Shown one piece after another: positions 16,500-26,301 of a stretch of 53,499 nt of DNA. Where the stretch lies: NCBI GenBank assembly GCA_039933515.1, contig JBDTNY010000092.1, positions 1-53,499 of the forward strand, read 5' to 3'. This DNA is from Actinomycetota bacterium. GTDB taxonomy: Bacteria > Actinomycetota > UBA4738 > HRBIN12. A program made the translations under genes and the position numbers. The first letter of the stretch is position 1. Every line of letters starts with the position of its first letter. Below the pieces are notes generated by a model, which saw only the letters and a program-made list of their open reading frames with translations, did not search any database and had not been told where the DNA came from.

Positions 16500-16943
16500 G
16501 TGTTGGACGCCCGTGATCGCGACATCATCGCCGCCCTCCAGGTCGACGCCCGTGCGACGTACGCCGACGTCGGGGCGCGGGTCGGTCTCTCGGCCTCGGC
16601 GGTGCACGATCGTGTTCGCAAACTCGAGGAGCACGGGGTGATCCGAGGCTACCGCGCGGCGGTGGATCCGGCCGCCCTCGGTCTCGTCGTGACCGCCCTG
16701 ATCCAGGTGCGCCCCTTCGATCCGTCCCAGCCCGACGACCTGCCCGAGCGCGTCACAGGCTTCCCCGAGGTCGAGGACTGCTACAGCGTGGCCGGAGAAG
16801 CGAGCTACGTGCTCAAGGTTCGCACGCGCACGACGGTCGAGTTGGAGGAGCTGATCCGCCGCCTGCGGGAGAAGGCCGGGGTCGCCACGAGCACCACGAT
16901 CGCGCTCTCGATCCCCTTCGAAGGAAGGCCGCTGCCCACCTGA
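16500..16943 (+). CDS. Lrp/AsnC family transcriptional regulator
   Basis: LDARDRDIIAALQVDARATYADVGARVGLS HTH and CYSVAGEASYVLKV; TATGAT 6 nt before GTG (leaderless). Confidence 0.93.
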   Translation: MLDARDRDIIAALQVDARATYADVGARVGLSASAVHDRVRKLEEHGVIRGYRAAVDPAALGLVVTALIQVRPFDPSQPDDLPERVTGFPEVEDCYSVAGEASYVLKVRTRTTVELEELIRRLREKAGVATSTTIALSIPFEGRPLPT

Positions 16944-17013
16944 GGCGCATCTCCCGCGTGATGCGGGATGATGGCGCCTTGCATCAGAGCCCCCTGCACG
17001 CTGGGAGACGTCG

Positions 17014-19428
17014 ATGAGCGAACGAGCCAACGCGCCCGAGCACGTCCCGGGAGCGGGCACGCGCCCCGCCCGGGGCCCGGTCTTCTCGAGCAGACCGAAG
17101 GAATCCGAACGGCGCACGCGCGCGCCCATGCTGTTGTGGGATCGCGTCCGCATCCTGTCCTTCCTCGCGGGAGCGTTCCTGCTCCTCACGTGGGGCAGCA
17201 TGTCGATCAACGGCACGGGCTTGTCCGAAACGATCCGCGCACAGGCGCAGAGCCGCTGGTGGCTGCTGGTGTTGATCGGAGCGGAGGCACTGCGGCAGGT
17301 GAACTACCTGCTCCTGGAGGGGAGCCCCCGCTACTACGCCCGGTGGACCGCCTTCTGGAGCCGCGACCGGGCCACCGAGAAACTCGACCCATGGACGCGA
17401 TTCCGGCTGGGGCGCCTGCTGAAGGTCTTGGCGTTCCTGTGGATCGTGGGCACGGTCATCGCGTCGTTCTACGTGCACGCCGACGGGTCGAAGTTCACGC
17501 CGGTCGAGGGGCTGTTCCTCGCTCCGCTCCTACTCGTTCGGTCCCTCCCGCAGATCCTTCAGTTCGTCTTCGTGATCTCCCTCGGAGTGCTGCAGTTCGT
17601 CGCGATCTTCTGGTTCATGTCCAAGGGCGGCGTCGAGACCTACATGCCCGACGACATCGACACCCGCTTCAGCGATGTGAAAGGGCAGGACGCCGTCCTG
17701 TCCCGCGTCAAGGAGAGCCTGATCTTCATGGAGGATCCCGAGTCGATCGAGGCTCGCGGGGGGTACGTGCCGGGCGGCATCTTGCTGTGGGGGCCTCCGG
17801 GTACCGGCAAGACGCTGATGGCGCAAGCCGTCGCCGGTGAGACCGCGAAGCCGTTCGTCTTCGTCGAGCCGGGGGCCTTCAACGCGATGTTCTTCGGCGT
17901 GGGGATCTTGAAGGTCAAGGCGCTTTACCGCAAGCTCCGCAAGCTCTCGCTCCGCTACGGCGGGGTGATCGTCTTCTTCGACGAGGCCGACTCCTTGGGA
18001 AACCGCGGCGCGCTCTCCCAACCCGGCGGGGGCTGGAGCATCGAGCCGGCGTGGGCCGCCTCTGCGGGCTGTCACGGGGTCGCGTACGTCTCCGAGGCGG
18101 CGCGAAGCTCGCTCGTCCACGGCCCGTCGATGTACGCGTCACCGGCGCATCGAGAGGCGGTCGTGATGGGCGGCATGGGCATGGGTGGCGGGGGGATGGG
18201 CACGCTCCAGGCGATGCTCGCGGAGATGTCGGGCCTCACCAAGCCCAGGGGGTTCATGAACCGCGTGGTCCGCAGGCTCTTGGGCTTCAAGCCGAAGCCG
18301 CCTCCGAAGTACAGGATCCTGCATATCTTCGCAACGAACATGCCGCAGTCCCTCGACGAGGCGATGCTCCGCCCCGGCCGGATCGACCGCCTCTACAAGG
18401 TGGGCTATCCCCAGGTCGAGGGGCGCGTTGCGACCTTCCGGTACTACCTCGCGAGGGTCCGACACGAGCTGAGCGACGAGCAGATCCACAAGCTCGCGAC
18501 GATCACGCCGTACGCGACCGGCGCCTCGATCAAGGACACCGTGAACGAGGCTCTCGTGATCGCGATCCGCGATGAGCGCGAGTCCATATCGTGGGCCGAC
18601 ATCATCCAGGCCAAGCAGCTGAAGGAGCACGGCCTGCCCGACGACCACGAGTACATCGAGCGCGAGCGTCACTCGGTGGCGATCCATGAGGCGTCGCACG
18701 CGGTCGTGGCGTATCGGCTCCGCCGGCACATGACGATCGACATCGCCACGATCGAGCGACGGGGAGACGTCGGAGGCTTCGTCTCGTCGATCCCGCCCGA
18801 GGATCAATTCGTCCAGTGGCGATCCGAGCGCGACATCGACGTGATGACGTTCCTCGCCTCGCTCGCGGGTGAACGCCTCTTCTTCGACGGGGACAACTCC
18901 GCGGGTGTCGGGGGGGACATGCGTGGGGCCACGTCGATCGCCGCGATGATGGAGGGGTTCTGGGCGATGGGAGAGACCATAGGGTCCTATACCGTGAACC
19001 TGGGTGCGATCAAGGGTGCACAGCCGGTCGAGGACGGGACCGACCGCTCGATGCTCGACGGCGCCTTCGGCCAACGGGTCGAGGCCAAGCTCCGGTCGTT
19101 GTACGAGCAGACGCAAGTGATCCTCGAGGAGCACCGCTCGGACGTCCTGGCGGTGGCGCACGCGTTGGAGACCCACAAGACGATCACCGGGGACGACGTG
19201 GCGGCGATCGTCGAGGGCCACGCCGGGTCGCTCGTCGACGGCAGGCCGTACCACGACGGGACGTTCCGGGAACGGCTGGAGACCTACCATGGGAGCGTGC
19301 TGGCGGCGCATCGCTCCCACGCCGAAGTGGAGGGAGCGATACCCGTGCCGCTGCCACCGGTGCCGTCCGAGCTCCTGAGCGGGAGCACAGCGGCGATCGG
19401 GCCCGGCGTGGGTCCCGGGGTATCCTGA
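17014..19428 (+). CDS. FtsH-like membrane AAA+ metalloprotease (atypical paralog)
   Basis: N-terminal TMs; GPPGTGKT; FFDEAD; ATNMPQSLDEAMLRPGRIDR; HEASH zinc motif. Confidence 0.88.
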   Translation: MSERANAPEHVPGAGTRPARGPVFSSRPKESERRTRAPMLLWDRVRILSFLAGAFLLLTWGSMSINGTGLSETIRAQAQSRWWLLVLIGAEALRQVNYLLLEGSPRYYARWTAFWSRDRATEKLDPWTRFRLGRLLKVLAFLWIVGTVIASFYVHADGSKFTPVEGLFLAPLLLVRSLPQILQFVFVISLGVLQFVAIFWFMSKGGVETYMPDDIDTRFSDVKGQDAVLSRVKESLIFMEDPESIEARGGYVPGGILLWGPPGTGKTLMAQAVAGETAKPFVFVEPGAFNAMFFGVGILKVKALYRKLRKLSLRYGGVIVFFDEADSLGNRGALSQPGGGWSIEPAWAASAGCHGVAYVSEAARSSLVHGPSMYASPAHREAVVMGGMGMGGGGMGTLQAMLAEMSGLTKPRGFMNRVVRRLLGFKPKPPPKYRILHIFATNMPQSLDEAMLRPGRIDRLYKVGYPQVEGRVATFRYYLARVRHELSDEQIHKLATITPYATGASIKDTVNEALVIAIRDERESISWADIIQAKQLKEHGLPDDHEYIERERHSVAIHEASHAVVAYRLRRHMTIDIATIERRGDVGGFVSSIPPEDQFVQWRSERDIDVMTFLASLAGERLFFDGDNSAGVGGDMRGATSIAAMMEGFWAMGETIGSYTVNLGAIKGAQPVEDGTDRSMLDGAFGQRVEAKLRSLYEQTQVILEEHRSDVLAVAHALETHKTITGDDVAAIVEGHAGSLVDGRPYHDGTFRERLETYHGSVLAAHRSHAEVEGAIPVPLPPVPSELLSGSTAAIGPGVGPGVS

Positions 19429-19435
19429 CCGCCTG

Positions 19436-20836
19436 ATGCGGCTCTACAACTCGCTCACACGCGCCGTCGAAGACGTCGTTCCCGTCGAGCCGGGGCACGT
19501 CACGATGTACTCGTGTGGCCCGACGGTCTACCGCTACGCCCACCTGGGGAACCTGCGGACCTTCATGCTCGCCGACCTGATCCGACGCGCCCTCGAGTTC
19601 GAGGGGCTCGCCGTCACCCAGGTGATGAACATCACCGACGTGGGTCACATGACGGACGAATCGAGCCCCGAGGCGATCGACAAGATGCTGCTGGCGATGG
19701 AGGACGAGGGGCTCTCCCCCGGCGAGATCGCCGAGAAGTACACGCAGGCGGTGTTCGGCGACGCGACAGCCATTGGTATCGCGCCGGCCGACCGGTACCC
19801 GAGGGCGACGGACCACATCGAGGAGATGGTCGCCCTCACCGAGGCGCTGGTGGAGCGCGGGCACGCGTACGTGGTGGACTCGGGAAGCGTCTACTACGAC
19901 GTGACGTCGTTCGCCGGCTACGGGGCCCTCAGCGGCAATACGCTCGACAACCTGCGCGAAGGCCACCGCGATCTCGAGACCGACACGCGCAAGCGCAATC
20001 CGGCCGACTTCGCCCTCTGGAAGACCGCCGGCCCGGGACGCCTGATGAAGTGGCCGTCGCCCTGGGGTGACGGGTTCCCTGGCTGGCACGTGGAGTGCTC
20101 AGCGATGTCGATGAAGTATCTCGGCGAGCACATCGATATCCATACCGGGGGTACCGACCTCCGGTTCCCGCATCACGAGGACGAGATCGCCCAGAGCGAG
20201 GGCTCCGTGGGCCATCGCGTGGTGGGCATCTGGGTGCACGGTGGTCACCTCCGTCTCTCCGGTCAGAAAATCGCGAAGTCGACCGGCAACGTCGTGCGGG
20301 TGCACGAGCTGGAAGAGCGCGGGCTGGATCCACGCTCGTTCCGCTGGCTCACGTTCCAAACCCGGTATCGGAGCGAGATGGACTTCGCCTGGGACTCGAT
20401 GGAGGACGCGGATCGACGCGTGAAGCAGCTACGCCGGCACATGGCCGAGTGGGGGCCGGCCGCCGAGGAGCTGGGCGCTGCGGCGCGCGAGCTGGACACG
20501 AGGTTCCGCCAGGCCCTGGCGTCGGATCTCGACCTTCCGACCGCGGTCGTCATCGTGAACGAGCTGGATCGATCGGCCGCCGTCGCGCCGGGCGAGAAGT
20601 ACGCGCTGATGGCCTCATGGGACCGGGTGCTCGGCCTCGACCTCGAGCGCGAAGCGCGCAGCGGCTGGACGCCCACGGAGGAGATGCAGGACCTCATGGC
20701 TCAGCGTGACGCCGCCCGGGCGGCGAAGGACTACGGCGCCAGCGACCGGATCCGAGACGAGCTCGCAGGGATGGGGCTCGAGGTCATGGACACATCCGAG
20801 GGCACTAGGGTGCGGCTGCGAGCCCAGCCCGCCTAG
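19436..20836 (+). CDS. cysS: Cysteine--tRNA ligase
   Basis: [43 protein letters not shown]. Confidence 0.96.
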   Translation: MRLYNSLTRAVEDVVPVEPGHVTMYSCGPTVYRYAHLGNLRTFMLADLIRRALEFEGLAVTQVMNITDVGHMTDESSPEAIDKMLLAMEDEGLSPGEIAEKYTQAVFGDATAIGIAPADRYPRATDHIEEMVALTEALVERGHAYVVDSGSVYYDVTSFAGYGALSGNTLDNLREGHRDLETDTRKRNPADFALWKTAGPGRLMKWPSPWGDGFPGWHVECSAMSMKYLGEHIDIHTGGTDLRFPHHEDEIAQSEGSVGHRVVGIWVHGGHLRLSGQKIAKSTGNVVRVHELEERGLDPRSFRWLTFQTRYRSEMDFAWDSMEDADRRVKQLRRHMAEWGPAAEELGAAARELDTRFRQALASDLDLPTAVVIVNELDRSAAVAPGEKYALMASWDRVLGLDLEREARSGWTPTEEMQDLMAQRDAARAAKDYGASDRIRDELAGMGLEVMDTSEGTRVRLRAQPA

Positions 20837-21930
20837 TCAACGACCTGGAGCTCGCGCGTCGATCGGTTGAGGCGTTCGCAGCCACCGGCCGTGACCGCCA
20901 CGATGTCTTCGATCCGGACCCCGAACCGACCCTCGAGATAGATCCCGGGCTCGATCGAGAAGGTCGTACCGGGCTCCAGGATCCAATCGCTCCCCTCGAC
21001 GAGGTACGGCGGCTCGTGCACCTCCAGGCCGATCCCGTGCCCGGTGCGATGGATGAAGCGCGCGCCGAAGCCGGCGGCCTCGATGATCGCCCGGGCCACA
21101 CGATCGATCGCCTGCGCTTCGACGCCGGGACGCACGGCAAGGCATGCGGCCTCCTGGGCTTCCTGCACCGCCCGGTAGACCTCGAGGAACCCCTCGGGCG
21201 CCTCCCCCAGCACGACGGTTCGGGAGGTGTCGGAGTAGTAGCCGCCCAGCTCTCCGCCGAAGTCGAGCACCACCGCGTCGCGGGGCAGCATCGTGCGTCC
21301 GGACGGCTCGTGATGCGGGGACGCAGAGTTGGGCCCGCTCGCCACGATCGTGAAATCGGCGCGGGTATGACCGTTGCGCACGAGGAGCTCCGCGAGATCG
21401 GCCGCGACCTCCTCTTCGCGGCGGCCGAGGAACGTCATGCCACAGATCTGACGGAAGGTCTCGTCGGCGGCTCGTCCAGCGCGGCGGAGCGCGGCCAGCT
21501 CGTCGCCGTCCTTGACCGCTCGGAGCCGCCCGATGACCGCAGAGGCCGGGGCGAAGGCCGCGCTGGGGATCGCGGTCTGGAGCGCGATCAGGTGGGCGGA
21601 CCACAGCCGGTCGCCGACCGCCATGCGTCCGTTCGCCGGGAGCAGACCTGCCGCAGCTCGGTACGGGTCGAGCCCGTCGGTCCAGCCCACGAGCTCGACG
21701 TCGGCCCCGACCGGTGATCCCGCAGCCAAGGGCCGTTCGAGCTCAGGGACGAGCATCGCGGGATCGCGATCGGGCCGAAGGATCAGCAACGTGGGGCGCT
21801 CCAGGGGCATCGGGTCGTAACCGGTGAGATACGCGAGGTCCGGTGAGGGCGCCACGATCAGGGCGTCGAACCCTTGGGCCGTGGCTTCCTGGGCCGCACG
21901 CGCGAGGCGATCGGTGTAGCGGGCGTTCAT
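20833..21930 (-). CDS. Xaa-Pro aminopeptidase/dipeptidase (M24)
   Basis: Creatinase-like N-domain; PHH, LDFG...YSDTSRT, HRTGHGIGLEVHE, SIEPGIY, RIED. Confidence 0.93.
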   Translation of the reverse strand: MNARYTDRLARAAQEATAQGFDALIVAPSPDLAYLTGYDPMPLERPTLLILRPDRDPAMLVPELERPLAAGSPVGADVELVGWTDGLDPYRAAAGLLPANGRMAVGDRLWSAHLIALQTAIPSAAFAPASAVIGRLRAVKDGDELAALRRAGRAADETFRQICGMTFLGRREEEVAADLAELLVRNGHTRADFTIVASGPNSASPHHEPSGRTMLPRDAVVLDFGGELGGYYSDTSRTVVLGEAPEGFLEVYRAVQEAQEAACLAVRPGVEAQAIDRVARAIIEAAGFGARFIHRTGHGIGLEVHEPPYLVEGSDWILEPGTTFSIEPGIYLEGRFGVRIEDIVAVTAGGCERLNRSTRELQVVD

Positions 21931-22856
21931 AGCTTCAACAGGATCCGCTGGGGCACGACCTGGAAGGTTGCGGGGGTGGTCCCCAGCAGCTCCCCGTCGG
22001 CCACGATCGGCAAGGGACGATCCGCATCGACGGCGACGCGGATCTTCGCGCGCATCTCGTGGATGTTGGGATCAGGGACATGGCTCCCGTGTCGGTAGAT
22101 CCGCGGCAGCATCCGGTACGCGTCGGAGCGAGGCCCGCGGAACACCAGGGCGTCGAGCACGCCGTCGCCCGGGAAGGAACGGGGCGACATCCTCAGGCCC
22201 GCGGACGCGAACTGCGCGTTCGCGACGATCACGTTGAACGCTCGCGCCTCGAAGGTCTTCATGTCTGCGTCTACCTTGACAGAAGTGGCCCGGGTGAGGG
22301 CGTACGCGCCCCAGAACCCCAGGAACCTCCTGGCGTTCCCGAGGCCCGCGGGCAGGCGCGCGGTCGCCCGCGCCACCGACGCACCCAGGCCGATCTCGAC
22401 CAGATTCGCCGCGTATCGCGTCCGGTGCTCCCCCGACGCGTCCCGGTAGCCGATCTTGATCACGTCGAAAGGGTAGGTATTGGATCCCGCCAGATGCTTA
22501 CACCCACCGTCGGTGTCGTCGGGCAGGCCGAAGCTGCGGACCAGGTCGCAGCCTGACGTGGCGGCCACGACCCCCAGGACCGGTTGCTCGAGCGGCGTTG
22601 GCCCGTCGTCCAGCATGCCGTTCAGCACCTCCTGGATCGTGCCGTCGCCCCCGACGGCGACCAGGAAGCGGCAGCCGTCCTGCACCGCCTCTCGGGCGAA
22701 CCTGGTCGCGTCTCCGGGCGCGTGCGTGAGCTCGAGGGCGAAGTCCAGTCCGTTGGCCGTCAGGGCACGTTCGAGCGCCGGGAGCTGTCCGGCCACGCGC
22801 CCACGTCCCGCGTGCGGGTTCACGATGACGGCGAGCGAACCGAAGGGGCTGGTCAT
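21927..22856 (-). CDS. Diacylglycerol kinase family (YegS/DAGK-like) lipid kinase
   Basis: IVNPHAG, VGGDGT, ADGE motifs. Confidence 0.88.
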   Translation of the reverse strand: MTSPFGSLAVIVNPHAGRGRVAGQLPALERALTANGLDFALELTHAPGDATRFAREAVQDGCRFLVAVGGDGTIQEVLNGMLDDGPTPLEQPVLGVVAATSGCDLVRSFGLPDDTDGGCKHLAGSNTYPFDVIKIGYRDASGEHRTRYAANLVEIGLGASVARATARLPAGLGNARRFLGFWGAYALTRATSVKVDADMKTFEARAFNVIVANAQFASAGLRMSPRSFPGDGVLDALVFRGPRSDAYRMLPRIYRHGSHVPDPNIHEMRAKIRVAVDADRPLPIVADGELLGTTPATFQVVPQRILLKL

Positions 22857-22878
22857 GGGGTACGCATGGTAGCGAGCG

Positions 22879-25533
22879 CTAGAGCCCCGTGTACGCCACG
22901 ACGCCGCGCAGGACCGCCCCCCGTGCATCCCGCACGAGCGTCGCGGTCTCGGGTGGGGCTACCTCCTCGATCTGACGCAGCAGATCCAGGAGCTGCTTGC
23001 AGTTGCGGACGAAGTCCCCGGGCGCCATGTCGGTTTCGGCCAGCACGGCTTCGAGCGGCTCCCCGCTCGCCCAGTGGTAGATCGGCACAGCGAAGCCGGA
23101 TTCCAGTTCCCGACAGAGCTGGACCTGATGCTCGTCCTCGGTGCGACGGATCGTGCGCCAGATGCGCTTGAGCTGCTCGGAGCGCTCGTCGGATGTGGGG
23201 GTGGGCATCCCGCCCGCGAGCGGGACGCGTTCTCGGCCTTCGTACACCATCGACGACAGGAGGGCTGCGACCTCCCCGGGTGCGAGGCCGTCGAAGAGGC
23301 CGGCGGCCAGGGCCTCGCCCACCAAGATGTCGCCCTCGCCGTAGACGCGCGACAGCGTGCGGCCCTTCTCGGTGATCGCCCACCCGTCGACGTACCCGAG
23401 TTCCTGGAGCACCGCGAGCACGCGATCGAACTGGCGCGCAAGCGTGTCGGTGCGCACGCGGATCCGCCGCTCCACGCCTCGCAGCTGCTGCTCGAGCGCG
23501 TCGGCGCGTTCGGCCCACCGGACGTGCTTGGCCAGCTCCGGGCAGGCATGGCACGGATGACCCGAGGACCGCTCCTCGAGTCGGGCGGCCTCGCGCTCAA
23601 CCTGGGGGTCCGCGCGGCGCCCACCGGGCTTCTGCGGCTTCACGTGCAGCGACACGAGCTTGGCTGCGACGTCGCGACGGTATCTCGCGCTGCGGCTGCT
23701 TCCGGACCTCGGCAACGCGATCCGCGTGAGCACGACGGGCGGTTCCTCGAAGTCTTTGGGCCCGAGCCGGAAGAAGGTGCGGTCTTGCGAGAGGACCGAT
23801 GGCTTGCCGTCACGTGAGCTGATCACCACGGCGAGCCCCCGGCGCTTGGCCTGCGGCACGTGGATCACTTCGCCGGGCCGGAGCTTCGCCACGGCCTCGC
23901 GCACGGCGTCGGTTCTCGTGCGCTCGCGTCCCCGGCGATCGTCATCACGGATACGCAGGGCCTTCGCGCGCATCGCCCAGTACTCCGGGAAGTCGCCGAG
24001 GTCGCACACCATGTTCTGTCGATACCCCGCGAGCGCATCCAGGTCTTGCTGGCGGGTCTTCTCCAGCGACACCACCCCGCGGTCGGCGAGGAACTGCGCG
24101 AACGACGAGTTCAAGAGGCGGTGCGCTTGCTCGCGGGTGTAGTTGCGCACGAGGTTCACGGCCATGTTGTACGAGGGGCGGAACGACGACGTGAGGTTGT
24201 ACGTGCGCGTCGCCGCGAGGCCGGCGACGCGTTCGAACGGCACCTGCCGCTGGTACACGACGACCGCGTGCCCGAGCGGGTCGATCCCCCGCCGGCCGGC
24301 CCGGCCGGTGAGCTGGGTGTACTCCCCAGGCGTCAGGATCTCGTGACGCTCGCCTTGGAACTTCCAGAGATCCTCGATCACGACCGTTTTCGCGGGCATG
24401 TTGATGCCCAGCGAGAGGGTCTCGGTCGCGAAGACCACCTTCACGAGCCCGGCCTCGAAGAGCTCCTCCACCGTCTCCTTGAATGCGGGCAGCATGCCCG
24501 CATGGTGCGCAGCGATCCCGGCGGTCAGCCCGTCGAGGAAGTCGAAGAAGCCAAGGGTTTCGAGATCTTCTTCATCCATCCACGCAAGGCGAGCCTCGGC
24601 ACGCTCCCGGATGTAGTCGGCCTCGGTGCGGGTCGTGAGCCGCACCCCGGACTCGCGCATCCATCGAACGCTCTTGTCGCATCCCGCGCGGCTGAACACG
24701 AAGTAGATCGCGGGGAGCATCCCCTCGTCGGCGAGCACCTCGACGACCTCCTCCCGCTTGGGGGCGTACACCCGGCGATGCCCCTCGCGTGGACGGGAGG
24801 TGCGGTGGTGCTGCGCGGTACCGCTGCCCCGCCGGTAGTAGGTCTTCGTCTTCAGCTCCTGCTGGTCCAGGGAAACGACGTAGGGGTTCGGCAGCAAGAT
24901 GCCGTCTTGCTCGACGTGCATCGGATGCAGCCGGTGCCCCACCAGGTAGTGGTGCTCCAAGGGAACCGGCCGCTGCTCCTCGATCACCACCCGGGTCTCA
25001 CCGCGGAGGGTGCCGATCCACTCGCCGAACTCCTCGGCGTTGCTGATCGTGGCGGACAGACACACGACGCTCACGCTGAGCGGCAGCTGGATCAGGACCT
25101 CTTCCCAGACGGCGCCGCGATAGGGGTCCTGCAGGTAGTGCACCTCGTCCATCACGACGCTGACGAGGCCGGTCAGCGAGTCGCTCCGCTCGTACAACAT
25201 GTTCCGCAGGACCTCGGTGGTCATGACGACGACGGGCGCCTCGCCGTTGATCGTGTTGTCGCCGGTGAGCAGTCCGACGTTGGCGGCGCCGTGGATGCCC
25301 ACGAGGTCGCCGAACTTCTGGTTCGAGAGCGCCTTCAGCGGCGTGGTGTAGAACGCCTTGCCCGCCTTGGCGAGCGCCCGTTCGATCGCGAATTCGGCGA
25401 CGACCGTCTTCCCGCTGCCCGTGGGTGCCGCGACCAATACCGATGCGCCTCGATCGATCGCGTCGATGGCGTCGAGCTGGAAGCGGTCCAGCGAGAATGG
25501 GAATCGGGCGGCGAACGCCGCGGGGGTGGTCAC
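22879..25533 (-). CDS. helY: Ski2-like DEAD/DEAH RNA helicase HelY
   Basis: APTGSGKT, DEVH, SAT, HHAG, QLTGRAGRRG, C-terminal DSHCT domain; downstream of tatC. Confidence 0.93.
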   Translation of the reverse strand: MTTPAAFAARFPFSLDRFQLDAIDAIDRGASVLVAAPTGSGKTVVAEFAIERALAKAGKAFYTTPLKALSNQKFGDLVGIHGAANVGLLTGDNTINGEAPVVVMTTEVLRNMLYERSDSLTGLVSVVMDEVHYLQDPYRGAVWEEVLIQLPLSVSVVCLSATISNAEEFGEWIGTLRGETRVVIEEQRPVPLEHHYLVGHRLHPMHVEQDGILLPNPYVVSLDQQELKTKTYYRRGSGTAQHHRTSRPREGHRRVYAPKREEVVEVLADEGMLPAIYFVFSRAGCDKSVRWMRESGVRLTTRTEADYIRERAEARLAWMDEEDLETLGFFDFLDGLTAGIAAHHAGMLPAFKETVEELFEAGLVKVVFATETLSLGINMPAKTVVIEDLWKFQGERHEILTPGEYTQLTGRAGRRGIDPLGHAVVVYQRQVPFERVAGLAATRTYNLTSSFRPSYNMAVNLVRNYTREQAHRLLNSSFAQFLADRGVVSLEKTRQQDLDALAGYRQNMVCDLGDFPEYWAMRAKALRIRDDDRRGRERTRTDAVREAVAKLRPGEVIHVPQAKRRGLAVVISSRDGKPSVLSQDRTFFRLGPKDFEEPPVVLTRIALPRSGSSRSARYRRDVAAKLVSLHVKPQKPGGRRADPQVEREAARLEERSSGHPCHACPELAKHVRWAERADALEQQLRGVERRIRVRTDTLARQFDRVLAVLQELGYVDGWAITEKGRTLSRVYGEGDILVGEALAAGLFDGLAPGEVAALLSSMVYEGRERVPLAGGMPTPTSDERSEQLKRIWRTIRRTEDEHQVQLCRELESGFAVPIYHWASGEPLEAVLAETDMAPGDFVRNCKQLLDLLRQIEEVAPPETATLVRDARGAVLRGVVAYTGL

Positions 25534-25542
25534 TGGGTCAGT

Positions 25543-26301
25543 CTACGGGCGCCCGCTCGCTCGAACGGGCAGACCACACCGCGCCAAGAAGGGCCGCAGC
25601 GCTGCCTCGAACGCCTCGGGCGCCTCAAGGTTGCTGAGGTGACCGGCACCCTCGATCATGACCAGCTCCGCGGCGGCGATCCGCTCCGCCATGGGGGCGG
25701 TGACCGCGGCGGGGATCAGGGCGTCGCCGTCCGAGGTGATGACGAGCGTCGGCACGTCGATCGACCCCAGGTCGGGCACGGAGTCCTTGCGCTCGGCCAT
25801 CCCGAGCGCGGCGGCAGCGATCGAGCCCGCGGGTTGGTCGGCGATCAGATCGCGAACGAGCGTCCGCAGCTCCTCCGGTGCGTCCTCGGCCAGCAAAGGG
25901 GGTGGGCTGTCGACGAGGAAGCCGCTCCCCTCGGCCTCGAGCCGTGCGGCGAGTGCCCGGCGACCCTCCGCGCCCTCGGGCGTGTCGGCCTCGGCCTTCG
26001 TATTCGCCAGGACCAGGCCGGCGACGCGATCGCGGGCCATCCGCCACAGCTCGAAGGCCACGTACCCACCCATCGAGAGACCGCAGACAACCATCCGGTC
26101 GATCCCGGCCGCGTCGGCGGCCTGCAAGCACCGATCGGCCGCCGCACCCATCGACATGACGTGGCCGGTAGCGGGTGTTCCCCCGAAACCCGGCAGATCG
26201 GGGGCGATGACGCCCACCTCGGGCGAGATCGCTTCGATCTGAGCGCGCCACATCCGGGCGTCGAGCGGGAACGCATGGATCAGGAGTACACCGTCGGTCA
26301 T
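25543..26301 (-). CDS. Alpha/beta fold hydrolase
   Basis: HAFP, DLPGFG, GLSMGG nucleophile elbow, AGHLSNLE. Confidence 0.9.
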   Translation of the reverse strand: MTDGVLLIHAFPLDARMWRAQIEAISPEVGVIAPDLPGFGGTPATGHVMSMGAAADRCLQAADAAGIDRMVVCGLSMGGYVAFELWRMARDRVAGLVLANTKAEADTPEGAEGRRALAARLEAEGSGFLVDSPPPLLAEDAPEELRTLVRDLIADQPAGSIAAAALGMAERKDSVPDLGSIDVPTLVITSDGDALIPAAVTAPMAERIAAAELVMIEGAGHLSNLEAPEAFEAALRPFLARCGLPVRASGRP

